From Candidatus Wirthbacteria bacterium (GTDB lineage Bacteria; Patescibacteriota; CG2-30-54-11), in NCBI GenBank assembly GCA_903889905.1, contig CAISZI010000040.1:148-64147 (forward strand): a DNA stretch of 64,000 nucleotides. The letters are read 5' to 3'. Positions 27,032-36,550 of this stretch are shown here, one piece after another. The position numbers and the translations under genes are program-made. Each line of letters opens with the position of its first letter. The first letter of the stretch is position 1. The notes under the pieces are model-generated. The model worked only from the letters and a program-made list of their open reading frames with translations, was not told where the DNA came from and searched no databases.

Positions 27032-28390
27032 GTGACCAAATATCTCCTCAAGCAGGGCACACTCATTTCGGCAACTGGCCGACAGGTGGCTGATCTCATT
27101 ATCGACAATGGCAAAATTGCCAAAATCGGTTCAAACCTGACGGCCTTGAGCGCCTACGAAATCAATTGCGATGGCTTGCTGATACTCCCGGGCATGATCG
27201 ATACGCATGTGCATTTCCGCGATCCGGGTCTTACCCACAAGGCTGACGCAGCCACGGAATCGCTGGCGGCGCTCGCCGGTGGCGTGACCACGATTTGCGA
27301 CATGCCCAATACCAAACCACAAACGACGACAATCCCATTGGTCAAAGAAAAACAGCAGCTGTATGCCACGAAGTGTTTGTGCGATTTTGGTATTTATCTC
27401 GGGGCAGCCAAAGACAACCTTGAGGAGCTCAAGCGAGCAGACGAGGACAATACGATCCCGGCAGTCAAAATTTTCATGGCCGAGAGTACAGGGGAGATGA
27501 CGTTGAGTGAAGATGAATATCTAAAACCGATATTTGCGCAGACACGCAAACTACTGCTTGTCCACGCCGAAAACGAAGCGCGACGACTCCACCGGATCGA
27601 GCAGTTCAGACAGGGAAAGCTCAAGGAAGCAATGGGTATGGCGCCCAATGACCCCTATCTGCACGGCATTGTCCGCGACAACAAAGTTGCCTCCCAGGGC
27701 ACCAAACACGCGGTGGAACTGGCGCTTGCGGCCAAACACCGGATGCATGTACTGCACGTCTCTGCCCGTGAAGAATTCCCTTTTTTGCGCCAGGGTCTCG
27801 ATGCCGGCCTGGTCACGTCGGAAACGTGTCCCCAATACCTGTGGTTTACCCGCGAGGACACCAAAGTGCATGGACTGTATCGCATCATGAATCCAGCGCT
27901 CAAAGGCGAAGCTGACCGCGCGGCCCTCTGGGAAGCTTTACAAACCGGTTTGATTTCCCAGGTTGCCACCGATCACGCGCCGCATCTGCCTGAAGAAAAA
28001 GATTTAGGTTATGGCAAAGGGCCCTCCGGGCTTCCTGGAGTACAGTTTGTCCTGCCACTACTGCTGGCCAAAGCGCAGGAGGGAGAGCTGACTCTGGAAC
28101 AAGTGGTGCAACTAACCAGCTTCAACCCTGCCCAGAATTTTCAGATCGAAAATAAAGGCCAGCTCGCCGAAGGCTTTGATGCCGACATCGCCATTATTAA
28201 CCCAAATGCCAGTGCCATGATTCACGCTGATATGGTAAAGTCTAAGTGCGGCTGGACACCTTATGAAGGTGTTTTGCTGAACGGCGGATTGGTGGAGAAA
28301 ACTTTCGTCCGTGGTGAACTCAAATTCAACCGCCACAGTGATTTCAAAGTTTCCATGCTTCCAGGCAAGACCATTACGGTCAGGCTTTAA
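27032..28390 (+). CDS. pyrC: Dihydroorotase (amidohydrolase superfamily), GTG start
   Basis: DTHVHFRDPG metal-binding motif. The GTG at 27032 follows an AAGGGG RBS and the pyrF stop at 27025-27027. The longer ORF in the track overlaps pyrF. Confidence 0.85.
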   Translation: MTKYLLKQGTLISATGRQVADLIIDNGKIAKIGSNLTALSAYEINCDGLLILPGMIDTHVHFRDPGLTHKADAATESLAALAGGVTTICDMPNTKPQTTTIPLVKEKQQLYATKCLCDFGIYLGAAKDNLEELKRADEDNTIPAVKIFMAESTGEMTLSEDEYLKPIFAQTRKLLLVHAENEARRLHRIEQFRQGKLKEAMGMAPNDPYLHGIVRDNKVASQGTKHAVELALAAKHRMHVLHVSAREEFPFLRQGLDAGLVTSETCPQYLWFTREDTKVHGLYRIMNPALKGEADRAALWEALQTGLISQVATDHAPHLPEEKDLGYGKGPSGLPGVQFVLPLLLAKAQEGELTLEQVVQLTSFNPAQNFQIENKGQLAEGFDADIAIINPNASAMIHADMVKSKCGWTPYEGVLLNGGLVEKTFVRGELKFNRHSDFKVSMLPGKTITVRL

Positions 28391-28408
28391 CTTTTAGAAG
28401 GAATTTCG

Positions 28409-29260
28409 ATGCCAAATCAACCCAATGTCGCGTGGTTATTTGACACGAATGCACTCAAAATGGCGCCCGCTGATTCACCTTTTTGGCTGATTTCCGGGCA
28501 GATATCGCCTTATTACATCAATACCCAGTTTTTGTGTGGCGGTGAAAAAAAAGCAGCTGAAATCCTGGCTTTCATTGATAGTGCTGCCGACGACCGGTTG
28601 GCTTTCCCGGCCAGGATGCTGGCTCAACTCAATGATGTTTATCACCACCATGCCATCTACCGCACCATTGTGGATGCCTTGGTGGAAACGATCCAGCTGG
28701 ATGCCGCGCTTGCCAAAGTGGACTTCATTTCCGGCGGTCAGCGTCGTGACTGGTTCTTTGCGCCGATTGTCGCCTCCAAGCTGGGCAAAACGTGTTTGTA
28801 TATTTACAATGACCTCAGCATTATCGACGACGAAGGCAAAAATGTGGAGGATATCATGCGCGCCGGAGTTATCAACGTGGCGGATTTGCTCACGGTTGGG
28901 GCCAGCTATGTCAAAAAATGGATTCCAGCACTGGGTAGTATTGGTGGCAGATTGCAACATTCCGTGAGTGTCGTAGACCGGCTCCAGGGAGGTGAGGAAA
29001 ATCTCAAACAGGCTGGCCTCAAAAGTGTGCACGCGCTATTCAATATTGACCACACACTATTTGATGAAGCCCTGAAACGTAATTATATCAGCCCGGAACA
29101 GTTTGGACTGGTCAAAAAGTATGTCGCTGACCCGTATCACTCCATGCGTGATTTTTTGCTCGGGAATCCTCAGTTTATGGAAGCATCACGCGCCTCTACC
29201 AATACCAAAACCAAAGAACGGGTGGAACTGATGGACAGGGAAGACTTGTACAATTTATAG
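28409..29260 (+). CDS. pyrE: Orotate phosphoribosyltransferase, atypical long form
   Basis: PRTase-like core with an extended N and C terminus. Position in the pyr cluster. GAAGGA RBS. Confidence 0.7.
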   Translation: MPNQPNVAWLFDTNALKMAPADSPFWLISGQISPYYINTQFLCGGEKKAAEILAFIDSAADDRLAFPARMLAQLNDVYHHHAIYRTIVDALVETIQLDAALAKVDFISGGQRRDWFFAPIVASKLGKTCLYIYNDLSIIDDEGKNVEDIMRAGVINVADLLTVGASYVKKWIPALGSIGGRLQHSVSVVDRLQGGEENLKQAGLKSVHALFNIDHTLFDEALKRNYISPEQFGLVKKYVADPYHSMRDFLLGNPQFMEASRASTNTKTKERVELMDREDLYNL

Positions 29261-29271
29261 TTGAGGTCAAA

Positions 29272-29835
29272 TTGTCCACGCAGCGACGTTATCAAATCGC
29301 GGTTTGTGGTTCTGCGGTGGTAGAAAGCGAAACTGTCGCCCAGGCCGCGGATGCAATTGGTCATGAAATTGCCAAACGGGGTTTTATTCTGCTCACAGGT
29401 GGTACCAATGGTTACCCACAGCGGGCAGCCCAAAGTGCACAGGCAGCAGGCGGCCTCAGCATTGGCATTTCACCGGCTGCAAATCGCTCGCAACACGTTA
29501 AGGATTACAAAATTCCTTTGCACGAATACGATGTCCTGGTCCTCACGGGCATGGGGTTTTCTGGTCGCAATGTGACACTGGTGCGCAGCGCCGATGCCGT
29601 CATCTTTGTGGGTGGACGCATGGGCACGGTCAATGAATTCACGACCGCCCATTCCGAAATGAAGGTGATCGGCATTTTGTCCGGCAGTTCCGCCAACATG
29701 GATTTGTTGCCGCAACTGGCGGCTAATGCACATCGCCCGGGCGGAGTGATCCTTTGCGATGCCGATCCCGTGGCGCTTGTAGCCAAAGTCATTGCTCAAC
29801 TCGATGCAACAGAATCTGGAGAATTGTATGGTTAA
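29272..29835 (+). CDS. LOG / TIGR00725-family Rossmann-fold nucleotide-binding protein (putative nucleotide 5'-monophosphate N-glycosidase)
   Basis: GGTNGYPQRAA ... FVGGRMGTVNEF pattern, typical of LOG/YgdH-like proteins. TTG start. Confidence 0.55.
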   Translation: MSTQRRYQIAVCGSAVVESETVAQAADAIGHEIAKRGFILLTGGTNGYPQRAAQSAQAAGGLSIGISPAANRSQHVKDYKIPLHEYDVLVLTGMGFSGRNVTLVRSADAVIFVGGRMGTVNEFTTAHSEMKVIGILSGSSANMDLLPQLAANAHRPGGVILCDADPVALVAKVIAQLDATESGELYG

Positions 29836-30781
29836 TCTGGAAACCACGTTTTGCGGCCTCAAACTGCGCAATCCCACGATTCTGGCTTCGGGCGTGCTTG
29901 GGGTCAATCCCGCCACGATGGCGCGTGTCTATGCCAAAGGTGCCGGCATGATTACGCTCAAATCCATCAGCCACGAAACCCGCAAAGGGTTTCCCAATCC
30001 AACGATGCTCGGCACCAAACACTATTTCATGAACGCAGTGGGCCTCAGCGGTGTGGGTGTCGACAATTCCGAAAAAGTGGTCAAGCAACTCAAAGCCGCT
30101 GGCATCCCGATTATTGCCAGCATTTTTTCCTGTTCCTTTGCCAAAGCGGCCGAAGTCGGCGCAAAATTTGAAGCCTTTGGCGCGGACATGCTGGAAATCA
30201 ATGTTTCCTGCCCGAATATTGTCCCGGGCGAGGGTATTGGCACCGCGATTGGGGTGGAAGCTGAGCTGACGGCTCAAATTACAGCCGACGTGCGTAAGCA
30301 GACAACCATCCCTTTGCTGGTCAAACTGACACCCAACGTCACCGACATTGTCAGCATTGCCAAGGCTGCGGTTGCCGCTGGAGCTGATGGACTGGTTGCG
30401 GGCAACACGTTTGGCCCTGGACTTAAAATCGACATCGAAACGGGGCAGCCGGTCCTCTTTAACAAATTCGGCGGGGTTAGTGGCCCCGGTATTTTTCCGC
30501 TGGCTTTGGCGATTGTTTATAAACTTTATGAAGCGGTCAAAGTTCCGATCATTGGCATGGGTGGTATTACCACATACCAAGATGCGCTTGAAATGGTGAT
30601 GGCCGGCGCCACTGGCATTGGCATCGGGACGGCAGTTTATTACGAAGGCATGGATGTTTTTCAAAAAGTCGTCGCTGGGATGACTGAATGGATGGAAGCC
30701 CATGGGTACCATTCCTTGGATGAGATTCGTGGAATGGCGCATGGCGCAAAGCAGGAAGAACCGGTTGTGGGTAAGTGTTAA
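29828..30781 (+). CDS. pyrD: Dihydroorotate dehydrogenase 1B, catalytic subunit
   Basis: Class 1 DHODH motifs (NVSCPN, GGIT..DA). ATG at 29828 behind a GGAG RBS. Confidence 0.85.
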   Translation: MVNLETTFCGLKLRNPTILASGVLGVNPATMARVYAKGAGMITLKSISHETRKGFPNPTMLGTKHYFMNAVGLSGVGVDNSEKVVKQLKAAGIPIIASIFSCSFAKAAEVGAKFEAFGADMLEINVSCPNIVPGEGIGTAIGVEAELTAQITADVRKQTTIPLLVKLTPNVTDIVSIAKAAVAAGADGLVAGNTFGPGLKIDIETGQPVLFNKFGGVSGPGIFPLALAIVYKLYEAVKVPIIGMGGITTYQDALEMVMAGATGIGIGTAVYYEGMDVFQKVVAGMTEWMEAHGYHSLDEIRGMAHGAKQEEPVVGKC

Positions 30782-30800
30782 TCCAAAGTTGGTTAAGATT

Positions 30801-30903
30801 GTCATCGAGAGGAGTCCTTCGTAAGGCTCAGGATAATCATCCTCGACGTGGCAACGCTTCATAAGTAACTAGATTGCCGCGGTCGAAGACTCCCTCGCAA
30901 TGA
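30801..30903. repeat. MITE-like palindromic element, copy 3 (left arm degenerate: GTCATCGAGAGGA; right half AACTAGATTGCCGCGGTCGAAGACTCCCTCGCAATGAC, near-identical to copy 1). Inserted between pyrD and pyrK.
   Basis: Read directly. Confidence 0.7.
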
Positions 30904-30930
30904 CAGCTAACCTCGAAAAAGGAAAAAATC

Positions 30931-31743
30931 ATGACCTGCTGCAAAGATCTCAAACCTGCCCTGCCCAAAGCTGTGCGTATTCTCAAACACGAGCAACTCA
31001 ATGCGCGTATTAATCGACTTACGCTGGATGCCAGGATTGACTGCCAGCCAGGTCAGTTTGTCATGCTCTGGATTCCACGCGTGGACGAAAAGCCGTTTTC
31101 GGTGGACGGCGCCAATCCACTTACGATCACTTACGCCAAGTTCGGCGCTTTTACCCAAGCTCTGTCCAAATTACAAGTTGGGGATAAAGTTGGCTGGCGC
31201 GGACCATTGGGCAAAGGTTTTAACCTTGTCGGCCAAAGACAACTTGTTGTCGCCGGTGGCGTAGGGTTGGCATCGGTCATGGATCTGGTACGTGTCATGT
31301 GTTCCCAGAAGCTCGTGGTGGACGTTGTCGTCGGTGCCAAAAACCAGGCTGAGATTTATGGCCTGGACGAGCTCCGATCCCTCGGCGTGGGAGTTTATCC
31401 TTGTACTGACGATGGCAGTGTTGGGTTCAAGGGTTTCACAACCGACCAGACGACTTTGCTGCTTACCCACAACAAGTACGACCAGGCCTATGCCTGCGGA
31501 CCTGAAGTCATGCTGGTTAAATTGCACAAACTGCTTAGCGAAGCCAAATTGCCGCATCAACTTAGTCTGGAACGTTATATGAAGTGTGGCCTTGGGATTT
31601 GTGACTTGTGCTCGATCGATGGCTTTCTGACCTGTCAGGATGGTCCGGTTTTTAATGAAAAGCAGATTGATCAAATGGAAGAATTTGGGAAGGTTTACCG
31701 GATAGTGACAGGGGAAGAGGTGGCGGTAAGTGGAAAACATTAG
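30931..31743 (+). CDS. pyrK: Dihydroorotate dehydrogenase electron-transfer subunit (FAD/NAD-binding, C-terminal 2Fe-2S Cys cluster)
   Basis: Ferredoxin-reductase-like fold with CGLGICDLCS. AAAGGA RBS. Confidence 0.8.
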   Translation: MTCCKDLKPALPKAVRILKHEQLNARINRLTLDARIDCQPGQFVMLWIPRVDEKPFSVDGANPLTITYAKFGAFTQALSKLQVGDKVGWRGPLGKGFNLVGQRQLVVAGGVGLASVMDLVRVMCSQKLVVDVVVGAKNQAEIYGLDELRSLGVGVYPCTDDGSVGFKGFTTDQTTLLLTHNKYDQAYACGPEVMLVKLHKLLSEAKLPHQLSLERYMKCGLGICDLCSIDGFLTCQDGPVFNEKQIDQMEEFGKVYRIVTGEEVAVSGKH

Positions 31744-31756
31744 TCGGCTCTTTAAT

Positions 31757-31861
31757 GTCATTGCGAGTCCAGTCGGTGGGACGCGGCAATCTTTTGAAAA
31801 GAAGAAAAATTGCCCAGCTGTGCTGGACAAAGGCCGCAGTCGCTGACTTCTTCGCAATGAC
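31757..31861. repeat. MITE-like palindromic element, copy 4 (GTCATTGCGAG...GCGGCAATCTTTTGAAAAGAAGAAAAATTGCC...CTTCTTCGCAATGAC)
   Basis: Read directly. Lies between pyrK and prs. Confidence 0.7.
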
Positions 31862-31890
31862 AGTTTACAGTTTTATCTTCAGGAGATATT

Positions 31891-32799
31891 ATGAAATTCT
31901 TCGCCGGCAGCAGTTCACCCAAACTCGCGAGCAGCATTGCCCACGAACTGCGGACCATGCAGGGAGGCGCTGAGCTGATCCAGTTCACCGATGGCGAGAT
32001 CAGCGTCAAAATCATTGACCATGTGCGGCGGCGTGATGTCTATGTGCTGCAGACTTTCAACGAACCAGTGAATGACAAAATCATGGAACTGCTGATTATG
32101 ATCGACGCTTTCCGGCGTTCCAGCCCGCGTTCGATCACAGCGATCATTCCTTATCTAGCATACTCGCGCAAGGAAAAAAAGGACACCCGGCACGATCCGA
32201 TCTCCGGCAAACTGATTGCCAATTTGCTCCAGCAGGCCGGCATTACCGGGCTGATTACCACGGATTTGCATGCTGACGCCATCGAAGGCTTTTTTGATGT
32301 TCCCGTGATCAACCTCTCGGCGAGTACACTTTTCTCGGACCACCTCCGACCCAAGCTGGATATCAGCAATACCGTTGTCGTGGCGCCCGACATGGGCGGG
32401 GCCAAACGTGCCCGCAAATTTGCCCGTGAACTCGAAGTCCCGGTGGTCATCCTCGAAAAAGTCAGGCCGCACAATTCGCCCGACAGCGAAATTGTCACCA
32501 TGATCGGCGACGTGGAAGGCAAACATGCCATTATTATCGACGACATTGTTTCCACGGGTGGCACACTCGTCAATGCTGCCAAACTGATCAAAGAGCGCGG
32601 CGCCAAACAGGTCGATGTCTGCATCACCCACGCCTTGCTCTGCGGCAGCGCTGTGGACAAAATCCAAAACAGCGTCATTCAAACCATGTACATCACCGAT
32701 TCCGTACCCGTGCCTTCGGCCAAAATGTTGGACAAGTTCGAAATTCTCAGCATCGACAAAATGATCGCCTGCGAAATCAACGAGCTGCAGGCGGAATAA
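31891..32799 (+). CDS. prs: Ribose-phosphate pyrophosphokinase (PRPP synthetase)
   Basis: 302 aa with the PRPP-binding loop DDIVSTGGT. AGGAG RBS. Confidence 0.9.
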   Translation: MKFFAGSSSPKLASSIAHELRTMQGGAELIQFTDGEISVKIIDHVRRRDVYVLQTFNEPVNDKIMELLIMIDAFRRSSPRSITAIIPYLAYSRKEKKDTRHDPISGKLIANLLQQAGITGLITTDLHADAIEGFFDVPVINLSASTLFSDHLRPKLDISNTVVVAPDMGGAKRARKFARELEVPVVILEKVRPHNSPDSEIVTMIGDVEGKHAIIIDDIVSTGGTLVNAAKLIKERGAKQVDVCITHALLCGSAVDKIQNSVIQTMYITDSVPVPSAKMLDKFEILSIDKMIACEINELQAE

Positions 32800-32876
32800 T
32801 TTTTTGGGGGTATATTATGGTTTCAGGAGTTCATGGTAACGGGCGCGCCAGACGGCAGCGTGAGGAGGAACGGATT

Positions 32877-33230
32877 ATGTACAATGCCGATGATTTGAAC
32901 GGCTACGAATTCAAGATTCTGCGCGGGTATTTTCCGTCGTTCAACAAACCGGAAGCTTTGCGAAAAGCGTTGACGGAAGAAGCCCAGAATGGCTGGGAAC
33001 TGCTGGAAAAATTTGATAATAACCGCATCCGCCTCAAACGCCACAAACCCAACACCATTGATGCAATGATTGGAACCGGTCTGGATCCATACCGTTCCCG
33101 CCGCACTGACTGGAGGGATCCGGAGGCGCGCAAAACACGACTCTGGATCATCCTGGCCATTGTTGGACCGATAGTTTTTGCTTTACTGCTGACGGTGACC
33201 ATTTTGCTGGTCGTGTTTGCCGCGGTTTGA
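32877..33230 (+). CDS. Small protein with a DUF4177-like N-domain (YEFKIL) and a C-terminal TM helix
   Basis: ATG at 32877 behind a GAGGAGG RBS. Hydrophobic C-terminus. Confidence 0.4.
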   Translation: MYNADDLNGYEFKILRGYFPSFNKPEALRKALTEEAQNGWELLEKFDNNRIRLKRHKPNTIDAMIGTGLDPYRSRRTDWRDPEARKTRLWIILAIVGPIVFALLLTVTILLVVFAAV

Positions 33231-33321
33231 AGACGGTTCGCCGTCAGATTGCCATTTGCGCCGGCATGCGATAGAGTGTGGGAGTGTTTATGAGGACAAA
33301 AACTAAATCCAAAGGAAACCA

Positions 33322-34344
33322 ATGCCTGAACTTCGTCTCAACCCGTTAACTGGTGAGTGGGTCGTGATTGCAACCGAACGCGCCGCGCGGCCAGAAAGTT
33401 TTAGCCAGAAGGACGTTGTCAAGGCGCCACCCATGAATGCCTGCCCGTTTTGCATGGGGCGCGAAGACCAGACACCGCCTGAAGTTTATGCGGTTGGGCC
33501 CGAAGGTCGCCTGCCGAATACACCGGACTGGAAAGTTCGCGTTGTCCCCAATAAGTTTTCCGCCTTTGCCCGGGATATAATTCCAGCGGATGAAGGCTTT
33601 TTGCAGGTGAACCCCAATGGTGTGGTTGCTGCAGGCTATGCCTATGGTGCTCATGAAGTGATCGTCTCGAGCCCGGCGCATGAGCTGAGCATCGGGCAGC
33701 TGGAACTTGAGCAGGTGGAGCGTATTGTGCAAACCTATCAGCGTCGTTACCGCGTCCTGGCCAAGGACAAACTGGTCAAATACGTGCAAATCATCTGCAA
33801 CCATGGCAAGGTTGCCGGCGCCTCGCTCGAACATCCCCATTCGCAGATTTTTGGCATGCCCGTACTGCCTCAGAATATTTTGACCGAAATCGAACGCACA
33901 CGTGAATATTACAAACTCAACAAGCGGCATATGCTGCTCGACGCTGTCCAGAATGCCCGCGAGAAAAACCTGGTGATATACGAAAATGATGCCTTTGTCA
34001 TGTTTGAGCCTTTTTGGGCCAAAGTGCCTTTTGAAACCTGGATCGTGCCCAAGCATTGGGAGTCACGCTTTGACCAGCTGACTGAAGTTGAACTCAATGC
34101 ACTCGCCCAATCGATCAGTATCATGTTGCAAAAGCTTTACCTCAAGCTCAATAATCCGCCTTATAATTATTACATCCACACGCTGCCCGTGACCGAAGAA
34201 GCTGGCAAAGATAAAGTTGGTTTCCTCTGGCACCTCGAATGTATTCCGCGCATTTCGATTCAGGCTGGGCTGGAATACGGTACCGGGGTTTTTATCAACA
34301 CCATGATGCCGGAAAAAGCAGCGGAGTTTTTGCGGGAATCCTAA
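33322..34344 (+). CDS. galT: Galactose-1-phosphate uridylyltransferase-family (HIT-like) nucleotidyltransferase
   Basis: Cys/His zinc site (CPFC) and HxHxQ-like motif (HPHSQIFG). Confidence 0.7.
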   Translation: MPELRLNPLTGEWVVIATERAARPESFSQKDVVKAPPMNACPFCMGREDQTPPEVYAVGPEGRLPNTPDWKVRVVPNKFSAFARDIIPADEGFLQVNPNGVVAAGYAYGAHEVIVSSPAHELSIGQLELEQVERIVQTYQRRYRVLAKDKLVKYVQIICNHGKVAGASLEHPHSQIFGMPVLPQNILTEIERTREYYKLNKRHMLLDAVQNAREKNLVIYENDAFVMFEPFWAKVPFETWIVPKHWESRFDQLTEVELNALAQSISIMLQKLYLKLNNPPYNYYIHTLPVTEEAGKDKVGFLWHLECIPRISIQAGLEYGTGVFINTMMPEKAAEFLRES

Positions 34345-34345
34345 G

Positions 34346-35167
34346 ATGAATCTGTCGCAGGTTTACGATACGTGGCAAAGCAGTTGGCACTGGCTTGAAG
34401 GTCAAGGCCTGGGGGCTTTTCGTTGGATTTTACTGGGTGTGATCCTGACGTTCATCTGGCTCAGGATTTTAGTCCCACTCATTTATTGGCGCGCCAAAAC
34501 AGGGCAACAGTTTTTTTCAGACGAGTCCCGTAAACGTATCCAAACCGTGGGGGCCATTTTGCGCGGGACCGGGTCCGTGTTGATCTGGCTGGGAATGGTT
34601 ACATTGTTGCTGCGCGACCTGGGCGTGAGTTTAGGCACCATTTTGGCTAGCGCCGGCATCTTTGGCCTTTCGGTCAGTCTGGGCGCGCAGGGGTTGTTCA
34701 AAGATATGTTTGCCGGTATCTTTATCCTGCTCGAAAATCACTACAATATCGGCGATGTGGTGGATATCGCGGGCGTTTCGGGTAAAGTGGAAGAAATTAA
34801 TCTGCGCACCACCATTCTGCGGGATCTCAAAGGTGCGATGCACATCATTCCCAATGGCAATATCACCATTGTCACCAACCGCACCAAAGAGTGGGCGCAA
34901 GTCGTGCTTGATACGCCGATTTCACAGAAGGCCGATATTGATCATGCCATCAAGGTGATTACCGAAGTCAGTCTCGAGCTGATGAAGAACAAAGGTTTTC
35001 AGGAAGCCGTTTTGTCGCCACCGCGTGTCCTGGGAGTAAATGAAGTGACGGCCACACAGGTAACGATCCGCGCCCTGGTCAAAACCGCGCCCAACAAGCA
35101 ATGGGCGGTTGAGCGGCTACTGCAGAAAAAGGTAAAACAGGCGTTGGATAAAGCGGGTATTGTTTAA
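34346..35167 (+). CDS. Small-conductance mechanosensitive channel (MscS family)
   Basis: TM helices plus the conserved MscS beta-domain (GDVVDIAGVSGKVEEINLRTT). Confidence 0.8.
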   Translation: MNLSQVYDTWQSSWHWLEGQGLGAFRWILLGVILTFIWLRILVPLIYWRAKTGQQFFSDESRKRIQTVGAILRGTGSVLIWLGMVTLLLRDLGVSLGTILASAGIFGLSVSLGAQGLFKDMFAGIFILLENHYNIGDVVDIAGVSGKVEEINLRTTILRDLKGAMHIIPNGNITIVTNRTKEWAQVVLDTPISQKADIDHAIKVITEVSLELMKNKGFQEAVLSPPRVLGVNEVTATQVTIRALVKTAPNKQWAVERLLQKKVKQALDKAGIV

Positions 35168-35195
35168 ACATTTCTTTAAAAACATGACGGGATGA

Positions 35196-35939
35196 ATGGA
35201 CAAGAAAAATTACACGGTCGAAGCGATAGTGCTCAAACGCATTAATTTTGGCGAAAAAGACCGACTCGTGACACTGCTTAGTCCCAACTATGGCAAAGTA
35301 CGTGCGATTGCCAAAGGCTGCCGTCGGCCAGGGAGCAAACTTAGCGGCCATATGGAGTTGTTTGGCCACGTGAAAGTTTATCTTGCACGCGGCCGCAATC
35401 TGGATATCGTCAGCCAAGCCGAAACCATGATGAGCAGCCGTCCGGTGCTGGGTAATCTGGATATGCTGGGTTGGCTTTTTTATGTGGCTGAACTGATCGA
35501 CATCTTTAGCAACGAAGGCGAAGAAAATTACCCGCTTTTTAAACTTGTCAGCGATATTCTGGTTGATCTTCCAGTGCTTGCGCGAACGGCGCCGGCGGTA
35601 TGTGCTTTTGAGTTTAAGCTGATCCACCTCCTCGGTTACAAACCTGATTTGGATGCCATCAAGCTGGAGCCGTTGGGGCCACTGTGGTGGAGTCCTGCCC
35701 GTCATTCGTTTGTGCCAGCAGCCCAGGCGCAGCATATGATGGAGGCTTTGCCGCTTTCGGCGGCGGCTGTGCATGTGTTGCGGGAGATGGAGTTAGGGGA
35801 AACCACGGATACGCTACTCTGGCAGGATGCGGCAATCGAAGAAGTGCGCTGCATTTTGCGAACGATTATCGAATCTGCCTGTGACAAACGGTTAAAATCT
35901 CCGCAATTTAGAGAACAGATCAATATGTTGGCTTCATGA
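35196..35939 (+). CDS. recO: DNA repair protein RecO
   Basis: N-terminal OB fold (EAIVLKRINFGEKDRLVTLL) and overall length. Confidence 0.7.
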   Translation: MDKKNYTVEAIVLKRINFGEKDRLVTLLSPNYGKVRAIAKGCRRPGSKLSGHMELFGHVKVYLARGRNLDIVSQAETMMSSRPVLGNLDMLGWLFYVAELIDIFSNEGEENYPLFKLVSDILVDLPVLARTAPAVCAFEFKLIHLLGYKPDLDAIKLEPLGPLWWSPARHSFVPAAQAQHMMEALPLSAAAVHVLREMELGETTDTLLWQDAAIEEVRCILRTIIESACDKRLKSPQFREQINMLAS

Positions 35940-36550
35940 TGATACGCAAGATTTTTAACTATTATATGCGGATCCTCAGTGCGAGCCGCCAGTGGATACT
36001 GTTGGCTGGTATAGGCTTTGGTCTGGGTAGCCTGGTGGGTTTTTTGAGTGTGCTGTTTCACATCGGACCGATCCTCAAAGTGCTAAGCTTTGGCGTGAGT
36101 AGCCTGGACCAGCTCGCGCAGGACAGCCTCCAGGCCGATGGGTGGGGCAGGATCATGTTGATCTGGCAGAATAACCTGACTGCGGCAGTGGGTTTGATGT
36201 TCTTTGGACTGATCGTTGGTTTTATCCCGCTGTTGGAAATGGTCCTCAATGGCCTGATGCTGGGGGCGGTGGTGTATGTCGGGCTTTTTGTGCAGCATCA
36301 GCCGTGGCTGCTGGCGCTGGGAATAGTGCCGCACGGCGTCATTGAACTGCCTGCCATCATTGTGGCCGCTGCTTTTGGTTTTAAATTAGGCACTGCCTGG
36401 CTGTCCAAAGACGCACAAGGCAAACGGCTCCGCGTGCTGAATGATACGGCGCTGGAGTGTGTCATGATTGCACTGCTGTGCGCTATGCTGCTATTTGTGG
36501 CGGCCGTGATCGAGGGGGGATTAGTCTTCAACCTGGCACTTGGGAGTTAA
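35936..36550 (+). CDS. SpoIIM/DUF95-family integral membrane protein
   Basis: Five or six TM helices in a pattern typical of stage II sporulation protein M homologues. Confidence 0.55.
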   Translation: MMIRKIFNYYMRILSASRQWILLAGIGFGLGSLVGFLSVLFHIGPILKVLSFGVSSLDQLAQDSLQADGWGRIMLIWQNNLTAAVGLMFFGLIVGFIPLLEMVLNGLMLGAVVYVGLFVQHQPWLLALGIVPHGVIELPAIIVAAAFGFKLGTAWLSKDAQGKRLRVLNDTALECVMIALLCAMLLFVAAVIEGGLVFNLALGS

